A stretch of DNA of 64,000 bases from Lepidodermella squamata (lineage: Eukaryota; Animalia; Gastrotricha). Both the position numbers and the translations under genes were made by a program. The stretch is from contig JBLDXI010000042.1 of the NCBI GenBank assembly GCA_047495785.1, positions 4,278,001 through 4,342,000 on the forward strand, given 5' to 3'. Below are positions 10,104 to 21,698 of this stretch, piece after piece. Each line of letters starts with the position of its first letter. Within the stretch, counting starts at the first letter, position 1. The notes under the pieces are model-generated. The model made no database searches. It was not told the DNA's origin and saw only the letters and a program-made list of their open reading frames with translations.

Positions 10104-13100
10104 CCCGGACTCAAAAAATTTAATCAGGCATGCTCTGTAAATCGGAATAAAATCGTGTATTTGCTTGATTTTCGCTGTAAATTGCTGTGATGTCGATTTA
10201 TTTCAGCTCAGGATCCGGCTGTAAGCTGATTTTTCGCCTCTGTAATTCGAAATAAGGCTTGATACAGCGGTTTACAACCGTGGAAATGCTGCTTTTTGCT
10301 GCTGTAATTGGCAATAAAACATGTTATCCAACTTTACAGATTGTCAAAAGCTGAAAGTATGGTCTGTAAACTGCTAAAAGGCAAGTTACCCGGTTTTACA
10401 GACCTAGACAAGCTGAGTTTCCGGACTGTAACATGCTATAAGCACTTTACTTGGCTTTACAGACTGCCAACAGCTGATACTAAGGGACTGTAAAGCTCAG
10501 TTAGACGAATTACACGGCTTTACAGACATCGGCAGGCGGATTTTTCGGACAATAAAATGCTATAAGGCACGTTACTTGGCTTTACAGACCTAGATAATCG
10601 GAGTTCCCGGACTAAAAAATGCTATAGGGCTTTACACGGCAATACGGATCTAGACCAAGCTGAATTTCATGACTATGTAAGCGGAGAAATCTTCGAAAAT
10701 GACTGATGTGACCTATGTGACCTGAAATTACACACTGTAAACTGCTGTAAACGGAATCTATTCGTGAATAATCACACAATATTTCGATGTGAGGTATTGA
10801 AATTGGCGAAGTGAACAACGCAACCTTCGGGTAATTTAATTTAATTTAATTAGGGATCAATAAATTCGTGTAAATTCTTAAAACTCGCGTGTCCAATTTT
10901 CGATGAAAGTGAGGCAAATCGAGGTGGAACACAAAATTACATAAAATAGGGAAAAATCAGAAATTTCAAAAATCAAAGGAACTTGCCACGTGTGGCGTAA
11001 TACTTTCTCTTAAGACACGTATTTTTGTCTTCAAATTTACGGCGACCTCAAAAGCGTCAATTTCTTCAAAACTAGGACATAACAAGCGTAGTTGCGAAGC
11101 TAATTTCGGTGATTAAACGTCGGTTTATAGCAAATTCTACCCAGTTTCACGTTCCGTATAATAATTAGGGCACATAGATGGAGGGAATTTTTGACATTTT
11201 TATTCTGGAATTTCTAGTTTCTTTCAAAATTCCGCAAAATTCATAGCCAAGTCCAATTTTTCGGATTTTCAAGTATAAAATTCTTATATTTTTTCATTAT
11301 GTTTCATTATATTGAGATTCTATATGTTGGTAGCACTTTTGGAATTTACAGGCATTTTTACCTCCAGAAAAAAGCTTAATTTTTCGCTGATTAGCCATTA
11401 AAATTATATGGTCATATTCAAGGATCAATTGTAAAGTTTATTTAACATGAATTTTGAATTTTCTTAATTAAAAAGTAATCAAGTGTTCACGATTTTTATT
11501 CAGCGAAAATTTAGAAGTTTTACCATTATCATTAAAAGCTAATCGGAATACATTTAAGAGGCAGAAATATATTTTCAGGGACTATTCTTGGCAATAATTT
11601 TGATTCGCCAATTGTTGTAGATGAGCATTTTCCAAATAGGAAATCTGAAATTTCAGGTGAATTGAATAAATTTCAATTGACCTGTTTTCAGATAATATTT
11701 ACCGTTTTTTTAATTTTATGACAGAATAGTAAATGAGCGGCAAGAATTTTAGCTGCGAATAGCGATAGCCAAATTTTTCTGTTAAATAGGAGCGATTCGT
11801 GTTTTTTCAATCACCACGCCGCGGAGTTACGCAACAGCTGCTCGCACGCCGCATTTCGCACACACATATGAAAAATTATGCACAACACAGAAACCACGCG
11901 TTTTTGACCTATAAAACTTGTTTATCAGCTGAATTGCCCATGCAGATTTCTTGGCTAGAGCGAATAATTCAATTTATTGCAGCGAAATTCTGGTCGACAT
12001 GAACTTCACTCTATACCTGGCGTGAGTTTATAATTTGCCGAAATTACATTTAATTTGAAGCATTTTAAAGAAATCGGATCGGCGATGTCGAACGATGAAA
12101 ACGACGTCAAGGTGATACGCATCGTCTTTCTCACATACCACATCGTGGCAAGATACGTTTGAATCCTACCATTTTGAATTCTTCAATTCTATTTTGTAAT
12201 TTGGCTTGATTTTTCCCGGATTTTTTAAACTTTTTGAACACTTCTCAATTTCATTCATTAATAGTTTGATTTGAGGTTCTGGCGGCTAGCTAGGTTCCAA
12301 GTTGAGCTAACTAAAGCCGAAGTTCATAAATTAGCGTCTCGCGTCAATCAATTACGTGCTACAATGTACAAGTACACGTTGTTCTTAAGAAACGTATTTA
12401 TTTATTTTTGCTGGATCGCCGAATTTAAGTAAAATTTTGAAATTTTGAAATTTTGAATTTTATGAACAATTTTAAAATGATTGATAAATTTGAAAAATCG
12501 TTATGGGCGAATTCATTATGATTTTTCGACAATTCGAGGCAAAGATAGAAAAATCAGGGACTACTCAGAATTTCTACTAAGATTGAGAATTCGAAAACCT
12601 TTTGGTCTATTTCATCTCGTCGCGGAAAATTGGAAATTTACTTCACATTGTGAGGCAAAATATGGAGTTTCACAATAAAATAAATTTTCACAAATCATTA
12701 TCATTTCCTGAAATTCTATTTGTGGATTCATTCCTCATAGGAGTTGCTTTTCTTCTCGGGTTCGCCAGCGCATCAATCTTCTTGTGGCTGGTTTTTTTGT
12801 GACAGGTATAGCAATAAATTTCATTTTGATTCCAAGATCTGCTTATTTTCCCCGATTATTTTAGGCTGGGTAAACTACGCACTGAATGCTCGGTGAGTCG
12901 ATGCGTGTCGGAAATCGCCGCCTGGCCGAAACTTCGAGATAACGAGAGGCCTTGTTTTGCTGTTTGCTGCTCGTTCCGCATCGACTTGACTTTTCTTTCA
13001 AAAACGGTTTTTTTACTGTTGAGATCCTCATAATTTTTGCTTATTTTCACGGTTCACGGATAACCGATAATTTTTTGAATTTGTGATGCACGTGTTTTTT

Positions 13101-13771
13101 GTTCGGCGAGAAATATATGGCTGATTTTTCTTGAAAAATTAGACTTGGCGGCATTTGCTTGACATGAGTTGCCTTGCGGATCTGAGCTTTATTAGCGTCG
13201 GAAATATGGCCCGATATAAATAAAAAATACTGATACTCCTCTGAAAATGTGCTAAAGTCGCCGATCGCCAATGATCGTTTCTCCGATCTTTTCAAAATTA
13301 ATTCTTGTTATTGTGAAAATTGTTGTGAAAATCGATTTTGCTTGTAATTCATTGTTTTGAAGTAATTTGTGATCTTTATACCTTATACAGCGATTTACAG
13401 ACGCTGGTCGAGGCACTGTAAATTCCTGTATTAGCCCTGAGACTGAAGACTTCACATTTTCGGCATTTTTGCTCTTCAGTAGTTTACTCAGCCTTCGAAT
13501 TTCAAAGACTGTGTAAACTGCTGTAAGGCAAAAATGGCAGAACTTGTGAAGTTGTCACTTCCTGGGCTTTTATAGGAATTTACAGCGCCTCGACGAGTGT
13601 CTGTAAATCACTGTAAAGGTGAGAATAAATCCCAGTGTAATTGAGTGGAAGGTACCAATAAAATTGCGTTTGTAAACGGGTGTAAGTCAACATAAGATTT
13701 CCAGTGAAATACAGCAGAATACATTGACAGCAATTTACAGCGATTTACAGCGATGAATTTTTGAGTCCGGG
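10104..13771. mobile_element. Non-autonomous TIR DNA transposon (CMC/EnSpm-like), ~3.67 kb
   Basis: Termini CCCGGACTCAAAAA / TTTTTGAGTCCGGG, flanked by CA on both sides (2-bp TSD). Many subterminal CTGTAAA/TTTACAG motifs; no transposase ORF recognised. Confidence 0.7.
10324..10680 (+). repeat. Degenerate ~62-bp tandem repeat (about 6 units) in the transposon subterminal region
   Basis: A TTAC(A/T/C)(C/T)GGCTTTACAGAC-like core recurs near 10324, 10386, 10447, 10510, 10572 and 10631. Confidence 0.75.
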
Positions 13772-14566
13772 CAATGCAATGACCATTTTTTAATTGGACC
13801 ATACTTTAATATTCATCTACCTAATTCCTTTTTTTCTGCATATAATATCTTTCTTTGCATCTGGGCATTTTCTACAGACAATCCCACTTTTTCTCACATC
13901 TGATTTAAAAACAGCCGGAAATGTGAAAAATGATTCAGCGCGTTTTCCTCGACAATAAATCATACGTTTCGTTGCCAGATCAGGCGCGAGGAAAAAGGCA
14001 CGTGGATTTCATAGATGAAGGCACGTGCGAAAGGCGCAATAGTCAATCTTATGCGTTCATCGCTTACCTGAAGAATATCAACATCGTCGAAACCTCTCGC
14101 TCATTCCGCGGCAACTCAGCGTTGTCATAAACACTGTAATTTCAGGGCTGTTATAATTTTCAAGGCCATTCGTTGGAGCATTTCGATAAGTCCGGCAGCA
14201 CTATTGCTGTACTTACAAATACAGCTGGATACCGTACAATCATTTACAGCTGCTATCGACAGTACTTGGACAACATTTTTCATTCCGCAGTACCAAATCA
14301 TACGGCTAACGGCTACCTCGCCGTATTAGGAGTAAAACCGTACTTTTTATACAGTAATACTCGGTACAAAATATGCTTACTGTAATAGTTCTACTGTTTT
14401 TATATTCAATAGAGGTGAATTCAAGCCTTTCTTGGTGCTTTTGGTTAGCAAACTTGGTTCCAATTAAGAGTGTTAACATAAGGGACGCCGAGTGCTATGC
14501 CATGCGAATATAAGAGCTTCGACAATTGATGAGATTGATCATTTTCCATTCCTCCATTTACTTCAT

Positions 14567-15889
14567 TCAAATATTAAATTTAATAGCAAGCAGAGTCAAT
14601 AGTAATACGGAAAAGACCGGCGAAGAACTAAGAATAAAAGCCGAGTTTGAATCGACTTTACTGACCCTGTAAGATCCAATAATCGGCGGTACGAAGAGTT
14701 GAATAGCATAGATCGTGCCATCGCGATACGTCACTGTCTGGGCGTAAAACTTAGTCTGCAGCACGCTAGCACCACTTGTTTTGTTGAAGGCCGTTAGATA
14801 CGAGCATGCTTCTGTGAAAATGAAATCTTCAGTCACAATTAGATGGGAACCGAATGGCTCCTGCAAGGCCTTGCATTGCATGGTTTTCACCCATTCTCCA
14901 TCGGTGTTGCGGATAACAGCAATCGACGTTTTGTCCTCTGGTCTAACGAAATAAGTAAAATTTCCATCACTAGCTATCATTGGCGATGTTGTAGTCCCGC
15001 TCACGGCTGGAGTTGTCCATTTGAATACGGGCGTAGAGCCTGTAAGGTCTATACCGTGCAAATTCGTCTGGCTTATAGCATCGTTGTACGTGAATGTAAC
15101 TGCAAGAACCATATCGTTTACGACAATTGGTGTCCACAAGCCGCCAGCGTTCGAACCCAGGGATATCTCGTTTAAAATAGCCCCGGTTAGAGGACTCAAT
15201 TCATAAAGCCGGCCAGTAGACGAGATGAAGACCCGTTCCTCCTTATAGATGGCTGACGAATAAACTGTGTTATCATTTACCCCTACTTCGAATTGCTGCC
15301 GAAAATCTGGTACGGACAGGGCCTTAACTCGCTTCGTGTTCTCAGTGCCAGTTGCATAAAGAATGCCGTACCTACCATCGCAGGACATGCGGAAGTCTGT
15401 GGCAAACAGTGCATCTTGCAGTAGGTCGTAAGTTCTACTTGTTATTTTCTTTGTATTAATATCAATTGCGAGAAATACGGACTTTCGAGGGTTTATCGTA
15501 TTAATTCGAGAAATTAAATACGGCCGCCCATTGTTGCCTTCGCAAATTAAAGGTTGAGCAATCGTTTGGCCATCCGTATTGGGGCTTTCTATATTGATTG
15601 TTGCAGCCAATTCGCCATCGGTCTCGCGGACAACGTAAAATGTGCCTTTGTTGCTTTGAAGATAGATCAACCCATGGAAGACTAACGGCTGGTTGAGGAT
15701 TATGTAGCCATCGAAAGGACGCACAGCTTTTTCCCACTGCTTTCCGAATTCCATACTAAGTGAGGCTTCTCCAAGAACCTCAGGACGGTAGCCTGAGTGA
15801 GTCGAATCACCACCCTCATTTGTCCACCATTGATCAGCTTGGGCCGAATAAATAAATATGGAAAAAAGCAGATATATTGCTTTTCCCAT
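14567..15889 (-). CDS. PQQ-like beta-propeller repeat protein, paralog 2, signal peptide + probable GPI signal, intronless, ~440 aa
   Basis: Colinear paralog of 8520-9830; likely ATG at 15889 (MGKAIYLLF). The 3' flanks of the two genes are also similar. Confidence 0.8.
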   Translation of the reverse strand: MGKAIYLLFSIFIYSAQADQWWTNEGGDSTHSGYRPEVLGEASLSMEFGKQWEKAVRPFDGYIILNQPLVFHGLIYLQSNKGTFYVVRETDGELAATINIESPNTDGQTIAQPLICEGNNGRPYLISRINTINPRKSVFLAIDINTKKITSRTYDLLQDALFATDFRMSCDGRYGILYATGTENTKRVKALSVPDFRQQFEVGVNDNTVYSSAIYKEERVFISSTGRLYELSPLTGAILNEISLGSNAGGLWTPIVVNDMVLAVTFTYNDAISQTNLHGIDLTGSTPVFKWTTPAVSGTTTSPMIASDGNFTYFVRPEDKTSIAVIRNTDGEWVKTMQCKALQEPFGSHLIVTEDFIFTEACSYLTAFNKTSGASVLQTKFYAQTVTYRDGTIYAIQLFVPPIIGSYRVSKVDSNSAFILSSSPVFSVLLLTLLAIKFNI

Positions 15890-17055
15890 TATTTGTATAA
15901 CGCACAAGAGATGCGATTTGCTAACTCTTTTGTATACTAATGCAATTATTCACTCCGGATTAGGTGTGCCTGACTACAATGTTTTCTTATCTTGAAAATG
16001 TTGCGTGCTGATAAGGCAGCCCTCAAAAACAGTCTGTAAAAGACTTTTTCTCGTGTCTTGCTATTCGCGTATCTTATCTATTCAATTTTCGACCACAGAT
16101 CTGTGGCAAATGGTAAGGACAAATCTGAGTGCATGCTCTGAATTTCTAGTCCCTAACGTAGTTCTAGTCCTCAGCAGGAAAATAGTGTTGCTCATAATTC
16201 TTATCTCCGAATGCGCCGCAGGAATGGACAACGGAAATGAAAATCTTGCAGCTGAAGTTGGACATTCCCATCGATCAAGCGGCGTCTCTGCTCGAGCTAC
16301 CGCTGTAGCCAGCATTTTGCTTCCGGTCTTACTTGTTGGCTCGTTTTGATCGTCAAGTATTCACTTGGGCTCTGCGAGAGTTTCGTGGCTAGTCGCTGCT
16401 ATCAATTTCTCGACACCATCCTGCCACTATGTCCGCATCACCGAGACTGCGATGCCTCTGGCACGTGCGTGTTCAAACTTCCCATTTCCCATTCCCTTCA
16501 CCCGGCGACGAAAAAGTCTCTTCCAACACCTCGTGTACTTCTTACCGAAGCGTTTCCGCAAAAAAAAGAAAATCGTCAACGACACTACGAGTAAGCAGAA
16601 CATTGAGAATTGAGACCCTTGACAGGATTATGAACGGGCGCCTAAAAGCGAACCGGACTGACCCAAAGGCCATCGAACTGGCCTCGATGAACCTCCTCGA
16701 TGTAAGATTGATTCCCTTAATAAGGGAAACGTCCAGTGCCAAGGGCTCTATGCTGGCCATTGAGAAAGAAAAGTTTCCCCCCGATCTAAACCCCCGGTTG
16801 GGCTACAAATAAGGAAGTTAACATGTTTATTTTTTCGAAGAAAACGAATGTCAAACAAATGATTAGATATTTGTAAGCGAAGCGGACAACAAAAGCAGGT
16901 AAAAGTATCCGAACTTCGAATACTTAATTCGAATTCTGTGCTCTCAGCAAATTAACACGTAACGAACCGTGTGTCCATTCCATATGAGTATTTCGTCCTA
17001 TGAAAAATCCATATTTTCTGCATTGTGAGAAAGCGAAGTCGATCCTCGTTCTTCA

Positions 17056-18258
17056 TCATCTTGTCATCAAATAGAAAAAGGAGCCATCGACAATGATGAG
17101 CGTTAGGAGGGAGGTAGTCCCTATTACCACATCCATTAGCCTCAAGACACTCACATCTCGAGCGATACCCAACGCTTTCAATGAAACCTCACGACGCCAG
17201 AAATGCATTCGAGCCATTTCAACAGCAGCCAACGAGTAGCAAGTGACGACGATACCAGTTGCCATGTTGAAAACGACCAGGTAAACCAGCCAAACAGGCT
17301 CTGTCGTTCGCGGTATGGACGAGAAAACGATGTCTAAAAGCATCGTGAATGCTAGGACAGTAGTTATTCCAAAAGCTGGCCGATCAGGCAGTTTGGGTGG
17401 CATTAGGAATTGGCCGAGGTGAAGGACCGTAATGCCAATGACAGGATAAACTATGCTGGTCATAAAATAATGGGATTTACGCTTGAATTTAATCCCGAAT
17501 TCCATTTTGTAGTTTGAGAATACGGAGAAATGAACCGAGTAAGTTTTGCTTCTCAGGGGAGGCACGAACTCCCAAATTTCAGTAGATCCGATGAATCTAG
17601 ACATATTGTTTATCGCAAATTTGTCAATTCGAAATGAAACTTTGTTGATAGCTTCTATGGAATAGAAAATTACATCGCAATCGAGCGTGTCGAACGGGAA
17701 TTTTTGGTAGGAAAACGAGTCACAAGCCGTATCAATTGTTGTAATTGAAACGTAATAAGCGGTCCGGATGCGGCTGAGTGGATAGACTGTGACGCTCTGG
17801 ATAGCCGCTTCAAATGGCGCGGATTGATCGTAGCCGTTTTCGTGCATCAGAGACGGATACCACGTTTCATCTTTCTTCAAGCTGATTTCTAAAGATTTGA
17901 CCCCCGAAACATTGCAGCTTTCCCGGCCGAAGTAGTCTTCACATACGGTTGAGCAATTGTAGCTCCAGAATGCGGTGATTTCGCCGAAGAGGGACAGCTT
18001 CTTATTGGAGTCATCAATTTGAACAAAGCGATCAAGAATCCACCATACGTCGACTTGAATCGGATTTTTGAATTTGGTTTCCAGTGCCAAATGACTAGGC
18101 AGATCAATTGCTGTAGCATAAGGGCATTTCTCGAGAAAAATATGCCGGAACTGAGTCCAATTAACGGTCTGATTGGATCTGATCTTCTCCACGGAAAGAT
18201 TATCACATAAGACTAGTGTGGACGTGCACAAAATAATTGTAGTTATTATGCGATTCAT
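17056..18258 (-). CDS. Divergent Cys-loop LGIC subunit, subfamily A (A2), intronless, ~400 aa
   Basis: ATG at 18258 (MNRIITT signal peptide), Cys-loop CDSFSYQKFPFDTLDC, four TM helices; paralog of A1. Confidence 0.93.
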   Translation of the reverse strand: MNRIITTIILCTSTLVLCDNLSVEKIRSNQTVNWTQFRHIFLEKCPYATAIDLPSHLALETKFKNPIQVDVWWILDRFVQIDDSNKKLSLFGEITAFWSYNCSTVCEDYFGRESCNVSGVKSLEISLKKDETWYPSLMHENGYDQSAPFEAAIQSVTVYPLSRIRTAYYVSITTIDTACDSFSYQKFPFDTLDCDVIFYSIEAINKVSFRIDKFAINNMSRFIGSTEIWEFVPPLRSKTYSVHFSVFSNYKMEFGIKFKRKSHYFMTSIVYPVIGITVLHLGQFLMPPKLPDRPAFGITTVLAFTMLLDIVFSSIPRTTEPVWLVYLVVFNMATGIVVTCYSLAAVEMARMHFWRREVSLKALGIARDVSVLRLMDVVIGTTSLLTLIIVDGSFFYLMTR

Positions 18259-20565
18259 AATGTGATGAACGACTCTTTCTCGAGTGCCATGTACTTGATG
18301 ACGATGGTTTATTAGTTTTAGCAACTGCTGATGTGAAGCAGAGTCATTGGCGGAAATTGGATTGACGCCAAGGTAAAGCTACAGCTCTTTTATTAATTTC
18401 GAGTTAGGAGTCGAAATGGAGGAGCGTCGCCAGAACGCGAGGCCATGGCCTACATTTCCCCGTCAAGAGTCTTGCCCGAAAGAAACTCGGGTGTATCTCA
18501 TAGAATATTTTTAGCAGTTAACGTGTTAACAATGAAGCGAGATGAAATATTTGAATTTTATAACAATAGCAAACATTAACATACTCTCGGCCGTAGGAGG
18601 CGGGTGGCAAAATTAATGGTTTGCCTAGCGTTCACCTAGTTTCTTTATTGCCATTTTTAACAATCTTTTCACTGTGCTCACCTAATAACTTGATCGGACT
18701 TTATTGAACCTGCTATGCTATAGGAATGCCCCGGATGGGAAACGTAAGCGGGGAGAGACAAATCACCCAAACCCCGCAGAGTAAACATGATTACAGATTA
18801 CAGTGTTGCTTGGCTTAAAGAAGGGGGAGGGGAGGACCAATAATTAAGTTAATTCAACGCCAAAATGGGCACTGCGGAGAGACATCGGAAAGTCTGCTTC
18901 TTATTATCGAATCCAAAAAATTGGGAACTGAACTGGACGATTTTATTGAATTTGTAGCGGAATAGTTAGGCCATCAAACAGTGAACATTAGTTGATTGAT
19001 GCTAAAAGTAAGAAAAATCGAATGATTGAGTGAAGGAGAGAATGAATCCTATGCGCGTTTAGAGTTAATCGTTACGTATTATCGTTCAGCTCGGTGCCAG
19101 AATGCAAAGCTGAAACGAGCACTCGCCGAATTTTTGAGCGTAGTCACTAGTATTAAGTAGCTAAGCGGCTCAAGGTCGCTGACTGTGTTCCCAAAATAGG
19201 GAAAGGCTGGAAGTCGTGAACAAATTTCCGCCAGTTTTCCCGGGCTTACTGTACCGAAAGCTGTCAGCCTGCTGTGCTCCGCTTTGGCCTAAATGAAGGC
19301 CGACAATTGTTCAACTGTAAAGGAAACCTACGTCAGGGTCTTGAAAGTGTTTGGCAGTCCGGCATAGACAGGGTTCAGAAATTCTTTTACTCTTATCACG
19401 TTATCCTCCTTCATAGCTATGTTCCTCCTTCAAAAACATGAGGACTAAAGAAACCTGCTTTTCTGTTACTTTTTTATCCAATATATGGTATCTTTTGTTG
19501 TTGAGCTCTCAACCGGGTACATACTATACAATTCTCCAATTTTTAATGTCGAGACTTTTTATTTTTCACCCGATTGGTCTGATGATTTTGCAAGCAGAGT
19601 TGCATCTACCTTCCCTAAAAGTGTCATCCTTACTTCTCACAGTAGATAACGTGAAGCAGCAATTGAACGCGACCGTTTTTCGGCATATATCATATATTTT
19701 CCAAATCTTATTTAGAAAGGAAAATATTTGCCCAAACAGTCCTCACTCTTGGGCGCGTAATTTATCTGCAGTGTTGTGCGATTTTTTCCGCTTCGGTAAA
19801 AGCGACTATGTGAAATGAGAGATCACAAAAGTTCAATCTGTCCAAATTTCAATCTTTGACTCAATTTCATTTATAATTGATCAGTCTTTGCAAGCGGTAA
19901 TTTCATCACTTTTGATCTGAACAGTTTTATATGTATGCAGTACGCTATTAGCGTAATTAATGTGGCCCTTGCTTTTGTCTGAAATAAATAACTGGAGACG
20001 CACACTTGACCTAAAGCGAAAAACGGGTAACTGCTTATCAATTGCGATCGCACTAGCTTACGTCGAAGTTTGACAAGAATTACATGACCAATTAAATTAT
20101 AGCTTGGCGAAAAATGAATGTCACAGACCGCATAAGAGGGACATCTTTAGTGAGCAATTAACTATGATAGCGATCGGGCATTCATTGAACAGCTTCATTC
20201 ATAAAAAACATTTGTCTGCGTTTACGGAGGTTTTTAGTTTCATCCATTTAATCAGTAGGGAGAGAGGAGATAGGGATGAGACATATATCCATCGGCAATT
20301 ACAAGACATGTAAAACACTGTTTACAATGATGTTTTCGCGGTGTAAGGAAGAGCGATGCTTGCGACTGTAACTAATTTTTACCCGATTTACTGTTCAAAT
20401 GAGGTGCGCATTAGCTCTTCGACGTATTACGATTAATCTTTCAACAGGCCCATTTAAGAGGGTAAAAATGGGGACATACGCCCCACGCTTGCTGTCTCCT
20501 ATATATATAAAGGCTGAGTTGACGGGGCCCGATATTACTAGAATCCCCTTTGGCTTTTTTCTAAA

Positions 20566-21013
20566 ATGCGAACTATCAACTACTTTATTGCGATTACGCT
20601 ATCCGTGATTGTAAACAGTATAGCTGAAGAACTAGAAATTGTTCAAGTTGTACCAGTTCGCGAAGCTGTTTCCGAGGAAAATCCCATGTCGTTGAAAACA
20701 TTGATCGGAGTTCCGCCTCGGCTGGACGGTGAGTACTGAGATTTTTATGACTTGCCAATTATATATTGAGATTTTCATTCATTTTGCAGCTAAGACAAGA
20801 ATCGGTCTAAGGCGGAGTGCTCAAATAATATGGCAACAGTTACCGCACCAAGCCCGGGGTCAGATTATACGGAAGCTTCGCATGAAGAAATGTATAGAAC
20901 TCATCGGATCGCAAGTAATATGTGACAATAGAGCATCGTTCTATTTATGGGCCCAGTTCCTTGCGAAAGATATAATGGCTGGGAAACTCGATGACAAAAT
21001 TCGTATTGTCTGA
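20566..21013 (+). CDS. Small secreted protein paralog (128 aa), exons 20566-20728 and 20790-21013
   Basis: GTGAGT donor, TTTTGCAG acceptor, 61-nt phase-1 intron, TATATAAA at 20504; near-identical to 2266-2713. Confidence 0.87.
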
Positions 21014-21698
21014 TTATTTTGTCAGAATTTCCAAGTTATTCGAACAATCAATAGAACTGGATTCTAATATAATAAAATGCGCCATTTTATTTTAAACACA
21101 CTCCCGTGTTGATGTTTCAGCTTTCAGCAATCAGCATATCCTTTCGGTCTAGCAATATCCTCCTGGACATTCAATTTTTCTTTTGCGAAGTTATTATATG
21201 GGATAGCGTGAGTTTAAAAATGGGTGCATGTTATTGCGAAGCTTCCCGGCGTAGTGCTGTTGGCATTTCAGAGTGAGAGAAAAGGGTGTCACCAAAGTTC
21301 ACTGTGGAAGCACCATCTAAGCTAACAGGATTATCGCTGCGACGCCGCGAAAAGGCGGGCACTTCGAAGAGACATCGAGCTGAGATTTAATTAATGAAAC
21401 GAAACGGGATTGTTGCCTTATTCGTTGATTTGAAGTTATCAGACATTAGTCAATATTCAGTTGAAATATATCCTTATTGGTTAGCAGTTATTAATTGCAG
21501 AGAGGAAATTGTTATATAGCATTTGCAGAGAGTAGATTGCGATGAATGACACAGGAAGATTCCGAAAATTTTACCGCAATGATAATAAAATCCCTGGAGC
21601 CGATTTTCAATAGTAGCTACTGATGATGACAAATTAATTCCAGCGTGAATATCTGCTGCTCGAATGGGCTATCAATCTCATCCTCGCCCAACCAGTGA

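Noticed and set aside
10324-10680. CRISPR-like periodicity
   Set aside because: The intervening sequences are related to one another and the repeat is degenerate; it is a tandem repeat inside a eukaryotic transposon with no cas genes.
8520-15889. Bacterial contamination or PQQ-dependent dehydrogenase activity for the propeller genes
   Set aside because: The genes have eukaryote-type GPI-like tails and eukaryotic transposon flanks, and no quinoprotein dehydrogenase catalytic motifs were recognised.
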